From NCBI GenBank assembly GCA_054600435.1, contig BAAIJX010000001.1, positions 496,001 to 560,000 of the forward strand: a stretch of DNA of 64,000 nucleotides, given 5' to 3'. Under the pieces are notes generated by a model. The model saw only the letters and a program-made list of their open reading frames with translations. It was not told where the DNA came from and did no database searches. The stretch is from Neophaeotheca triangularis (lineage: Eukaryota). Below, in pieces: positions 1-10,975 of the stretch. The stretch's first letter is position 1. Each line of letters starts with the position of its first letter. The position numbers and the translations under genes are program-made.

Positions 1-1
1 T

Positions 2-955
2 CCCCCTCCAAAGATTCCCTGGACGACCTCCACGGTTGTCGGCACCAAGGCCTTCCTCAAATGGTTCATCACGCCATTCGGCTTCTTGCTAACCGTCTAT
101 GGCTTGAACGTCGTAGCCTGGGGCGGCATGCTGTTTCTACTCTTGTTGAACGCAGCACCGGCAATGTGTAGCCAGGACACCCCCGAAAACAATTTCGACG
201 GCTGCAACGACATTGGCTCACCCCGCCGCATCTGGGTCGAACACACTAGTCAAATTCTCAACGCCCTTTTCTGCGTGACTGGTTTCGGCCTAATCCCGTG
301 GAGGTTCCGAGATTTCTATTACCTCCTCCGCTGGCGTCTATGCTCCGAGAAGAAAAAGGGTCGCGAGCAAAAACTCTACGGCATGCGCAAGCTAGCCGGT
401 TTCCACCGCAACTGGTTCCGCCTACCCGGCAGCGACACGCTCGACGAGTTCACGGCAAGCGAATACGAGCGCAGCATCTACACCGCCCCAAAACCCGCCC
501 CAGGCACCTCATCCACAACTTCCTCTTCCCTACACCCCACCACCACCGACTCAACCACCCTCGACGACCTCCCAACCAGCGACCCCCGCCTCCCGCTCCC
601 CCTTTCCAAAACCCCACTTCCCCCTCTCACCGGCGTGCGCGCCCCACCAACCGCCCCCTGGAAACTCGACTTCTTCATCTGGTGCCAGATCTGGAACACC
701 ATCTTCCAGTCCTTCCTCGCCGGTTTCATGTGGGGCATGGACCGCTTCGAGCGCCCGCCCTGGAGTACGGGGTTATTTGTCGCTCTGGCTTGCATCATCG
801 CCGCCGTCGGCGGGATTATGAGTTTCGTAGAGGGCAAGAAGGTCAAGAAGGTCGAGGGGGTTGGGGAGAGGGAGACGCCCGCGGAGAGTGCCATTGATGG
901 CGATGATGTTGAAATGGGGAAGGTTAAGGTTGGGGATGGAAGAGAAGCGAAGTAA
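2..955 (+). CDS. DUF2985-like fungal multi-pass membrane protein (5'-truncated by the window edge)
   Basis: The frame is open from position 2 (PPPKIPWTTSTVVGTKAFLKWFITPFGFLLTVYGLNVVAWGGMLFLLL...) to TAA 955. Motifs RRIWVEHTSQILNALFCVTGFGLIPWRFRD and WGMDRFERPPWSTG plus several hydrophobic helices match my recollection of the DUF2985 family. Confidence 0.75.
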   Translation, partial: PPPKIPWTTSTVVGTKAFLKWFITPFGFLLTVYGLNVVAWGGMLFLLLLNAAPAMCSQDTPENNFDGCNDIGSPRRIWVEHTSQILNALFCVTGFGLIPWRFRDFYYLLRWRLCSEKKKGREQKLYGMRKLAGFHRNWFRLPGSDTLDEFTASEYERSIYTAPKPAPGTSSTTSSSLHPTTTDSTTLDDLPTSDPRLPLPLSKTPLPPLTGVRAPPTAPWKLDFFIWCQIWNTIFQSFLAGFMWGMDRFERPPWSTGLFVALACIIAAVGGIMSFVEGKKVKKVEGVGERETPAESAIDGDDVEMGKVKVGDGREAK

Positions 956-2780
956 GGCGCGTCGGGGCTACGGGAGTGAGAAGATACCTAGCGTTTATCT
1001 CTTTTCTTGTTTCCCGAAGCGAGGGCGCTGGGTTTTGTGAGCGTTCTGGGGCCGGGATGTTGGTTGTAGACAAATGTCTGCAATTGTCTTAAAGGGGCCT
1101 GAGTCAATTTATAGTGTATAGCAGGCCGACTGGCAACATTCCCTTGCGATCCTCGACATCAGTCTCACGATTGCAAGTGGTGATGGTGGCAACCTAACCG
1201 TGACGCCAAGCCATAACAGCGAAAACAATGCTTTCCTAAACAGCCGTTACCAGTGATGCCCCCCTTCCCAACCGGCGCCGGCGTCCAAGCACCCCCAGAG
1301 CGTTATCGTCAGATCGCCACCACCCTGCCAACGGGCTCGTAAGCCCCAACAAGCGACTCGTGCGGCCACGGCGACGAGATCCAAAAAAAAAAATTATCTT
1401 TCCGGCGTGTGAAGAGCTAGGGCTGGCTTCTGCTGGCGTGCTCAGTCTTTGTAGTAAATTTCTGACTTTTGTCTTTTTGTCTGACCGCTGTTGGTGGGAG
1501 CTGGCGCGATGTTTTCTGCTTCTTGTTTGCGATTTCGAGGGGGGTTTTTTTTCTAACGATTCGGCAAGGGATGTAGGTGAGTGCTTAGCTTGGCGGTGGC
1601 AAGGGGCGGAGAAGAGTCGGCGAGGAGGTGGCATATAGCAAAGTGTCTTGCGCTTCGGGGACGGCGAGGAGATGGCCTTTTTTTTTTTTTTTTTTTTTTG
1701 GTGGCGGGGCCTTTGGAGATTGATTGGTACACTGGTCTACCTTTCCTCGTCCTTAATAATTGGCAGGTTCGGTAATATCGGCACTTGTTCTCGTTGTCGT
1801 TGTGACCTGCGAGGCTTTCGGTTACTCTTTGGTTCGGGTTGGCCCGAGCATCTTCATCCAGCTTTAGGTACCTGGTGAATGAGCGTCGAATGATCGTTTG
1901 ATGGCGATGTGTGTGAGCAACGGGCCGTATGGATGCATGAGGTTGGCAGTGGAGATTGTATACTTGTGGGATCTTTCAGTAGATCTCAACATTCCATCAC
2001 TACCGATCGTTGTTGAGCCGCGATCGATAGCAGTTGACAGTCGAGATAGATTCAGAGGTGTAAACACACAGCCTGAAAACGGCCAGCCGCTAGCGCGGAT
2101 ATTCCTCACGAGAGCCAGTTGATGGTGCGACCGAACATTGGCCGTCCTCTACTTAATAGCCCCCTGGGCACAAGTCAATCGCCTTTCCTCGCCGTGGCTT
2201 CGAGGATAGCTTCACATGGCTACTACATACTCTTGTGCTTAGAGTAGCGAAATAGCTGACAATCCTGCTACGCAGCTTCGAGCCGTTCAAACAGTGCTTT
2301 CCGGATTGCCAGGATAGCGCTCCCCGTTACTTCCGGCGACGGATGTTCGGTCTTGCTTTTTTTGCCTGGGCGCTAGTACATGGACAGTTTTCGTTCGGGT
2401 GGTGCTTTCGCTGTCAAAGGTTGCTCGTGAGAAATACCTGGGATAAGCGGAAGTCCGGCGGGCAGGAGCTTGGTTGCTTTGTTTATTGGGCTCGTTGATT
2501 GCTCGCTGGCTTGTCCAGAACTACTCGCATTGGTCAAGAGACGTTTCACGATTGCTGCCATTTTTCGGGCTTGATGTCTGTGAGAAAGTTGTACAATTGG
2601 CTGCAATCGGCCAAGTTGTATTGAAGAAGTTTGGTGTAACATCCTCAGGGTGCGGCCCATTTTTCGTGCCTTTTGTCCTTACGTCTTTGGGCGTTGGAAG
2701 CTTTCTCATGTCAGCAAGCTGAAGCCTTGTTTCCGATAAAAAGAAAGTTGCTTCGAGTAAAGAGATCGACATAGCGATAT

Positions 2781-3698
2781 CTACCATTGGCTACCTCCCC
2801 GCCAGTACAGAGGCCGCTCTGTCCGCCGGAGAACATAAACCCAGTACTTAATCTCCGGCCTATGTACTACACCGCCGTTACTGCTGTCGTCGTCTATTGC
2901 CTCGTTCGATGCGCCAACAGTCCATTTCCGCTCGAGCTCCCACAGCTCTGCCGGGTGTGGGAAGCACTTTTCCAGGACATTGTCAGCTAGTAAGCCGTCG
3001 CGGTGGGTGCGTGGTAAGGGCGGGAAGAAGGGAAATCGATCGTCGCAGTAGGAGATGACCAGCCAGTTTCCACGGCCTGGAGGTGTCAGGGAAGCAAGGT
3101 TTACGGCCAAGACGTGGAGGGGATGGATCGCGGCCTCCATCTCCCCGGACTGAAACGGTTGATTGGCGGGCACAGTGGGATCATGCGTCGTCAAAGGATA
3201 AGGCAGGGGGACGGCAACGTCGTCGCAGCAGGCTATACTATCGCTCGTGGCTTTGTCAACAATGACAATATGCTGGGATGAGGCGACCACTTCGTGGGGA
3301 ATGTCTGAGAGAGCAGGTACAACGCTCTGCGAGGACAACAAATCAGCCTGTCGCCAATGCATGCCATTCGCCGTCGCCCCTCCTTTTTTCCTGCGTTCCC
3401 ACTCCAGGCCGGCTTCGATGGCAGTCGACGAGTAGTCCACGTTGACTACCTGGCTCGAATCCTCAACTATTTCTTGCAAGGCGTGGGAGAGCGGCGAAGT
3501 GCCACAGCCAATGTGCACAAGTTTTGGCTTCGACTGGACCGGCTCTTGGTGATCGCGACCACTATCGAGCTTGGTTATTACTTCTTCGTGAAGAACGTCC
3601 CGGACCACGGGAGCAGGGAGGAGCCAGTCAAAAGGCTGCTCGCGTTCACGAGCGAAGCGATGGTTCCAGTATTCTCTTGTCTCGTATGATGGTGGCAT
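2781..3698 (-). CDS. Class I SAM-dependent methyltransferase, EEF1AKMT4/METTL13-N-terminal-like
   Basis: Single 305-aa ORF with N-terminal YETREYWNHRF...FDW, motif I VHIGCGTS, post-I VNVDYS and IVDKATSDSI. This resembles eEF1A lysine methyltransferase-like proteins; the substrate is not known. Confidence 0.8.
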   Translation of the reverse strand: MPPSYETREYWNHRFAREREQPFDWLLPAPVVRDVLHEEVITKLDSGRDHQEPVQSKPKLVHIGCGTSPLSHALQEIVEDSSQVVNVDYSSTAIEAGLEWERRKKGGATANGMHWRQADLLSSQSVVPALSDIPHEVVASSQHIVIVDKATSDSIACCDDVAVPLPYPLTTHDPTVPANQPFQSGEMEAAIHPLHVLAVNLASLTPPGRGNWLVISYCDDRFPFFPPLPRTHRDGLLADNVLEKCFPHPAELWELERKWTVGASNEAIDDDSSNGGVVHRPEIKYWVYVLRRTERPLYWRGGSQW

Positions 3699-4546
3699 CT
3701 CTCAGAAAACTAGGCTCTTTCTTTTTTGCCTTGGTCTGTAATTTGGTTGACTGAAATGGAGTGGAATAGAAGTATTCTTCATAGATATGCTTGGGAAACA
3801 AATGAGTAAGATGTACTTCTTAACTGTTGAAACGAAATCTGGATTTTTCATCATTGGAAAAAAAAAACCGCTGTCGCTTGTGTCATGATGCTCAGGTTCA
3901 AGGATCCGTCGTCCAACCTGAAATGTCGGACCTCCCTCCGTACCAAGTCAAGGTCTCTAACATGGCCATGGGTGTCTTGTGCATGCCATACCATATCGAT
4001 CGAGAGTAGGTACTGAAAAGAGGATGTGATTATGAGGATATGCAGTTCGGACTTGATTTTAACAAGTCGAAGTCGCAGTCGTGCCTTTCTGCGCAGTCTA
4101 ATTGGTGCCAGTCGATGGCCACGGGCCGAGTATGAGATCGGGGTATCGGGCTCTTTAAGCAGGCGGGAACGGGTCCATGCGTGCTCCTTGCCGGGAACGT
4201 CATGTGCTGGTCTCTCTTCGGCGGCAGGCAAGGATGTATAGATTACCTAGGCATCCAGATGTAATGGTAGTGCTATAGTAGTCTGCCTCACTATTCTTAC
4301 CTGCACGCCGACTACTCGTCTTCTCCTCTGCCCTCCCTCTAGACCCTCCCCAACCGTCCTGGCTACACATATAGATTCGCATTGCTCCGCTCCGCTCCTT
4401 ACAACCGCACGATTTACCCGACGCTGTCCTTCTCGAGTCATTCGCCAACGACTTCTCATACCCAGTGGAGGACATTTGCGCTAGCACGTGAAAGCATACA
4501 GCCCGAGTGACACGAAAGAGCTTGAGTAGCGGCTGTCGTGAAGAGC

Positions 4547-7500
4547 ATGAGCTCTTCGCCGCTCAGCGTGCACGGCAATGGTAAGGCTATGTATCGCCTG
4601 GCCGTCACCGCGCCGTCTTTTCTCTCCTCAGACCGGGCATTCGCTGACATGTCGTTGCGCTTGCTCAGGCAGCACCGAGATGACTCCCCCAGCCGCCGCC
4701 GAGCGAGCTCCCTCCAAACCACCGGCCATCCAGTTGCCTAAGAACCGATCCACCAGTAGTTTGCTGAGACACAGCCCGAGTAATAATAGCTTGGCTTCAG
4801 ACGCGCCTCGAGGCCGCCTGTCTATAGATTCATCCGCGGTCAGCGACTATGATCATGTGACAAGGTGTGTGATACAACCAGAGGCATGTCGGGATGTCCT
4901 CATGACAATGGTGGTCCATAAAAGTCACCGGCTTGTCCGGAGACTGGCTTGCTTGCCGCTTCAGCCAAACATTGTTGCTCTGCTTTGACCCGTCACCTAT
5001 ACGTACTGACTATTGCCTGCCCACGTATAGATCGCCCATTCTCACTGCAGAACGCGATACCGGTCTCAGAAGAATCCGGCAGAGCCAAATTCTACCACGT
5101 AATGCCTCGTCGCCGAATCTGAGCCGTTCCAATTCACCAAACGGTGTCTCCAGAGCGCCTTCTCGCAAAGCTTCACTTACCCTTCACGGTGGTCCCGCAT
5201 CGCCTTCCTTACCTTTATCCGAAGACCTCACTCGATTCCCGTCTGAATCTCTGCATTCCTTCTCCTTTGCTCATCAGTCATCAGACTCGCTGCATAACCG
5301 ACAAAACGTGCTGAAGCGGAGCATAGATTTCATGAGGGATAAGATTGGCTGGGCTTCAACGAGCCCCAGGATAGCCAGTGCGCAGGCAAAGTTGGCAGGT
5401 GACGAGGAGTTGCTCAGTATGATGGAGCTGCTTCAAAAGGCTCACGCCAACGGAATAGAAGGGCTGAGTGCGGCTGGGTTGGGGATTGACCATGGGCCAC
5501 TGACTGGACCAGCTAACTACGGCACCGAGAACGTCTTCGAAAAGAGCTTCACGCCTCTTCACGAGGAGCCTCTGCGGGAAGAGCAAACGGAGAGCCCGCA
5601 AAGCCTTGGATCTCCAGATACCATCAAAGCCGAGCGATCGATGAGCGATTTAACGTTATCTCCCACCAGCCTCGAATTTCCCGGCAAGGACGATGAAGAG
5701 CCGAAATTGGCTAGAACTACGAGCAATGACTTTGACACGCGGCTGCAACCTCCGCCAGCACGCGCATCGCTAAAACGCACGTACACAGACATTTCGGGGC
5801 TGTCACTGCAGTACAAACTTACAGAAGCCATGGCTCAGCCGTTCCACTCGAGCAAACCACCTGGCGCGTTCACGCAAAGCCACGGTCCAGCATTCCACAG
5901 AAGAGACCAACCTCAACGCTCGGACAGCCTCGCGAACGAGCGGACTCCGCACGGTCATCGATCTCCTGCCCAGGCCATATTCACCACAGACATGAAGGCG
6001 CCTTGGACAATTACATCGGCTAACGACATGGCATGCTTAGTTTTCGGCGTGACAAGGGCCGAGGTGAGAAGGCTGGGAATCATGGAAGTGATAAGCGAGG
6101 AACGGCGGAAATGGCTGGAGGAGAAACTGCGCAATCCTGAGACTGGAACAGCGGCTAGGACTCTCAAGATTCCCGAGTCTCAGACTCGAAAGGCCGGATC
6201 CAGCAACAGCTTGCCCGGCATGGGCAACGGCGTTACCGCAAAATTGCTCTCGAAACCGCCGGCTCGCACTTCGTACTCGTCGCGAAAGAGTAAGACAGCC
6301 GAAAGTACAGATCTGCCGCCCAAAGGCGGATCTAACCATACCTCACACAAAAGCCGTGGCGTACTCTTGTGTGGCGACGTCGTACCGATACGCAAAATGA
6401 ACGGTGCCACAGGAAGCGCCTCTTTTTGGGTCAAAGAAAAAGGTGGTGGCTTGATCTGGGTTCTCGAAGAGATCGCAGAAGACATCGCGCTGCTTACAGT
6501 GGACGAGATAGGATCTATCGTAAGAGGCACAGGCGACATCGATGCGATCTGGGGCCTCGAGCGTGTACGAAGGGGCATGGATGTGCAGAAATTGATACCG
6601 CAGTTTCCAAAGATGGAAGGCACCCACACTGGCGCGCTCGATTACGATGCGGTCGCGCGACTACGGAGATTCACAGTGCGGACGAGTAACAGCATCTCCA
6701 TTCCGGTCACTGTCGATCAAGTGGAAGGCGAGTCGACTTTCAGAGTGTCAAGCTTCCCACACATTGCTGGTATCATGGTAGTGCACCCAAAAACCATGTG
6801 TATAAGCAGCTCAAACTCTGTTTTTAGCGCGGCGCTATTTGGCCACGCGAGTCCCGACGGCATGGCAATCACGCAGCTGATACCGTCGTTTGACAAGGTC
6901 CTGCACCTTATGACAGATGAGGACAAGATCAGGCTGGTCGACGGCATTGTCATACCCGAACACAGTTTTCGCCGCGCCCGTGCCCTTCTAGCACTCAGAG
7001 AAGGAGCAGCAGACGCTGCTGCTATATTAATGCGGCCGTCCGGCCTACCTGCGAAACATCGAGACGGCTCAGAAATCATGGTCGACGTTTCAATGCGAGT
7101 GGTCAAGAGTGACCGTGACCCCATCTACAGTGAAGCTGTGATTGAAGAAGAGACTGCCGCTAATGCTGCCGCCGACATCCTGGGCAGCGAGGTGGTCTAT
7201 GCCCTGTGGATAACCTACAGTCGTCAGCTCCATGCCGTCAACAATGGCATTGGACCCGTTGCTCCTCTCACAAGCAGACCAGGCACGCCTCCTCACCAAC
7301 CAGGCCCGGGAAACATAATATCGAACCCCGTCGCAACAGAGGACAGCTCTTCTGAAAAACAAGAACCTTCACTTGCGACTCTTACGCAAAAGCTTCACGC
7401 CACCAAAGTCACGCAAGAAGCCAGCCCTGCCGCCCCGCCTTCCCCAGCAATGTCCGACTCCACCGTCAGCGCAGAGCCCTACGAACACCCATCGCCTCTT

Positions 7501-8454
7501 ATGGTCCAACAAGGAGCCCAGACCGTCAGCAAGAAGCGCATCGACGATTTTGCCATCCTCGAAGAGATGGGCGCCGGTGCTTACGGTCAGGTGAAGCTCG
7601 CCCGCTACAAGAAAGCTCCAGCTCGCAAGATGGTCATCAAGTACGTTACCAAACGACGCATCTTGGTGGACACTTGGCACCGTGACCGCAGACTCGGCAC
7701 GGTCCCACTCGAGATTCACGTGCTCGACTTCTTACGCAAAGAAGGCTTGCAGCACCCTAATATTGTCGAGATGGCCGACTTCTTCGAAGACGACGTCAAC
7801 TATTACATCGAGATGGTTCCACACGGCCTACCCGGTATGGACCTCTTCGACTACATCGAGCTAAGAGTCACCATGGACGAAGCGGAATGCCGCATGATCT
7901 TCAGGCAAGTCGCTGCCGCTTTGCAACACTTGCACTGTGTCGCAAAGGTGGTCCACAGGGACATCAAAGACGAAAACGTCATCCTTGACGGCGTTGGCAA
8001 TGTCAAGATTGTCGATTTCGGAAGCGCAGCGTACATCAAATCGGGGCCCTTCGACGTCTTTGTGGGTACCATCGGTAAGTCCTCTCTCCTCCACAAAGTA
8101 CTGACCCAACATCTAACGAATACTTCACCAATAGATTACGCCGCCCCCGAAGTCCTCCGAGGCAGTCCTTACCGCGGCAAAGAACAAGACGTTTGGGCCC
8201 TCGGCATCCTGCTCTACACCATCGTGTACAAGGAAAACCCCTTCTACAGCATCGACGAGATCATGGACCACGACCTGCGCGTGCCCTTCGTGCAGAGCGA
8301 GTCTTGCCTTGACTTGATTCGCAAGATGCTCGATCGTGACGTCGAGGCCCGGATCGGAATCAATGCCGTCTGTGAGCACGAGTGGACTAAGACCATCGAC
8401 TCGGAGCCTCAGACGCCTGAACAGAGGTCGAGGGTTATTGGGGGAGAGGCGTGA
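4547..8454 (+). CDS. PSK1: PAS-domain Ser/Thr kinase (Psk1/Psk2-like)
   Basis: Inferred exons 4547-4580, 4669-4864, 5031-8074, 8135-8454 (GT..AG introns with CTGAC/CTAAC branch points, phases consistent). PAS-like AQAIFTT..PWTITSANDMACLVFG segment; kinase motifs GAGAYG, HRDIKDEN, DFG, GTIDYAAPE; KRRILVDTW.RDRRLGTVPLEI is typical of fungal PAS kinases. Confidence 0.9.
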
Positions 8455-9140
8455 GGAAGTGTGGTGTTCGTTGATTGAGACTTGATGAAGGAATGGGGTT
8501 GTCTACTTTGCTTAGCTTGGCGACTTAAAGTGGTGGGAGGTTTTTCTTTGATACCCGTGCGGAAGCACATTGAGACGACATGGTAATGATAGAAGTGCGA
8601 TTATGGAAGACATAGCGTGGTGGATGCATGGGGGCAAAGCGCTGCTGCTTTTCCTTCTTTTCTGAGCCGCGAGTTGTGCATGAGCATTGAGTTGGATGAC
8701 CAGCATGGCGGTATTGGGTCGTGTTGTTTCGTTGGGCGACCGTCGTTGTATATACCCTTTTGGAACTCTGTCATTTCAAGTAGTCCTTTTGTTACCTGTT
8801 CGCTTTAGGCACGTTTGTTGTTCAAGCTCGGCTGTTTCAGCTGTTCGAATTCCAATAGCATGGGCTTGATTGGGTTTAAGTACTTGCTCGGTAAGAGCAC
8901 ATGGGAAATGGTGACAGAAGGTTCGTCTCTCGAGTTATTAATCAAATGCTATTCTACCTCTTTTTCAATGACCGCGGGTCTCTGAATTGATGCTCCGATC
9001 GGGCACCTTCGATTCCACTCAAACGTAGAGTTAGAAGGTCAACCGCCTGCCCATGCTTCCGTTGTAAAAGCACCCAACGCTACAACGCCAGATGCAGGCC
9101 ATCCCAAACGCCGCCACGACAGACTCAAGTCAACATCGGT

Positions 9141-10745
9141 CTAGCCCTTTCTCCTCTTCGCACTCTGCATACCCGTCCGCCTGTTCCCCTTGACATCCCT
9201 GCCCTCCTCAATAGCCAGCACAGCCTCCCTCTTCTTCTCGCCGACCAAATTCAAAGCATCCCGCACAACTCTGCCTTCCACACTAACCCCTTCCTCTTCG
9301 AACGCCTCCATCGACCTCCCCACCCTCTCCTCAATAGCCTGCACAAGCTCCACATCCCGCTGGCCCACCAGACTAATCGCCAAACCCTCTCGCCCGGCTC
9401 GCGCTGTCCGTCCCACGCGGTGGATGTAGTCGTCCGGGTCGCGCGGCAGGTCGTAGTTGATGACCATTTTGACGGCGGGGATGTCGAGACCGCGCGCGGC
9501 GACGTCGGTGGCGATGAGGATGCGGGCCGCTGAAGCGCGGAAGCGCGCGAGGTTGTTGGTGCGGTCTGTGTGCGCAAGTGCCGAGTGCAGGCTTGTGACG
9601 CGGTGGGTGAGGGAGCGCAGGAGGTGTTCGAGCAGCGTGGCGGTGCGCGTGTGGTTGACGAAGATGATGGTGGGTTTGGTCAGGTTTTCTGGAGTTTGTA
9701 AGAGAATGTGCAGGTATTTCTCCTTGTGGAGGACGTTGACTAGTTGGTAGGTTTGTGTGAGGTTAGGGGGCAGGGTGAGAGTTTCGGTGTCGATTTCGCA
9801 AATGTAGGTAGGGGGTTTAGAGGCCGGGCGAGGGAGAGTTTGCAGGGCGCGGACTTCGGGCGTCAGAGTTGCGGTGAAGAGGCATGTTTGGCGTTGTTTG
9901 GAGGGCGGGAGGATGGAGAGGCAGGTGCTTATGTCTGGAAGCATGCTGCCCTTTCCTGGCGCGAGGAGTCGGTCTGCTTCGTCGAAGACTACAAAGCGTA
10001 CTTTGCGGAGTCCGCAGACGGTGTCCTCTCCTGAACTGTTAATGTGGTCTGCTAGCCTGCCGGGGGTTGCTATTATGATGTGAGGACGTTTCGCTAGTTC
10101 GATCGCCTGAGATCGCATGTCGGCACCTCCGGTGATTAGAACAGCTTTGATGCCCTGTGTGGCGCCGATTGCCTGAATTTGTTCGTATATTTGCAATGCC
10201 AGCTCACGTGTTGGGGTCATTACTACAGCGTAAATGCCCATTGGATCACGGGCCCATTGCTGTAGGATAGGGACTGCAAAGGCCACCGTCTTGCCTGAAC
10301 CGGTCCGGCTCCCACCGATGCAGTCGCGCCCGGCCACGATTTCAGGAATACAATGCGACTGGATGCGAGTGGGCCGCTTGATGGCCATGTTGGCCAACGA
10401 TGCTACTAGCCATGGATCGACTTCCAAAGTGGCGAAGCTGGTGGTCTTGTCTGCCAAAGACGTGGCGATTGACGTAGGTAGATGAGCGTCATCATGTTCG
10501 CCGTCCTCGGAGACTTTTTGATCAGCCGCGGTGTCTTGAATCTGAGACACTTCTATAGGCTTGCTTTTGATCCTTGAGGTGGTGTTCTGGTTGAGTTGCG
10601 TCCTCGTAATAGGCCTTGGTAGAAAGCCTTCTTCTGATTCGGCATCGTCGTCTGATGACAACCGTCGGCGCTTCGTTTGTCTTCCATGGTCCAGTGGCAC
10701 TTCAGACTCCTCAAGATCGTTACTGCTATGCTCCGAGTCCGACAT
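9141..10745 (-). CDS. DBP8: DEAD-box RNA helicase Dbp8 (18S rRNA processing)
   Basis: Motifs [34 protein letters not shown] and [11 protein letters not shown]. The first in-frame ATG is at 10745; the ORF-track start at 10787 is a GTG. Confidence 0.88.
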   Translation of the reverse strand: MSDSEHSSNDLEESEVPLDHGRQTKRRRLSSDDDAESEEGFLPRPITRTQLNQNTTSRIKSKPIEVSQIQDTAADQKVSEDGEHDDAHLPTSIATSLADKTTSFATLEVDPWLVASLANMAIKRPTRIQSHCIPEIVAGRDCIGGSRTGSGKTVAFAVPILQQWARDPMGIYAVVMTPTRELALQIYEQIQAIGATQGIKAVLITGGADMRSQAIELAKRPHIIIATPGRLADHINSSGEDTVCGLRKVRFVVFDEADRLLAPGKGSMLPDISTCLSILPPSKQRQTCLFTATLTPEVRALQTLPRPASKPPTYICEIDTETLTLPPNLTQTYQLVNVLHKEKYLHILLQTPENLTKPTIIFVNHTRTATLLEHLLRSLTHRVTSLHSALAHTDRTNNLARFRASAARILIATDVAARGLDIPAVKMVINYDLPRDPDDYIHRVGRTARAGREGLAISLVGQRDVELVQAIEERVGRSMEAFEEEGVSVEGRVVRDALNLVGEKKREAVLAIEEGRDVKGNRRTGMQSAKRRKG

Positions 10746-10975
10746 TGCAATGTTTCCTGCCGTTTTACAATACTTTTCAGTTGACACAGCAGATGAAGTC
10801 CAACTGAGCTCGAGTGAAGCCGAAAAAAGCTCGAAGCTTGAACTCTTGGCGGAACCATCTTTTTCCCGCTTACTAGCTTAGGCAGGGTTGGCCTTTGGAC
10901 TTTTGCATTTTTTCCTGAACAACCACTTTTTTAACCCAAGTTTACATTTGAACCTTTGCCCTTGGAGTTGTAATC
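10746..10975. promoter_or_regulatory. Probable bidirectional promoter between DBP8 and KRI1
   Basis: Only ~230 bp separate two divergent start codons, and the spacer contains several poly-T tracts. Confidence 0.6.

Noticed and set aside
298..897. Long alternative-frame and antisense ORFs overlapping real genes (also 11310-12173, 21235-21888, 28060-28656, 36588-37502, 55047-55634, 58417-58986)
   Set aside because: Shadow ORFs expected from GC-rich biased codon use; low-complexity translations with no motifs.
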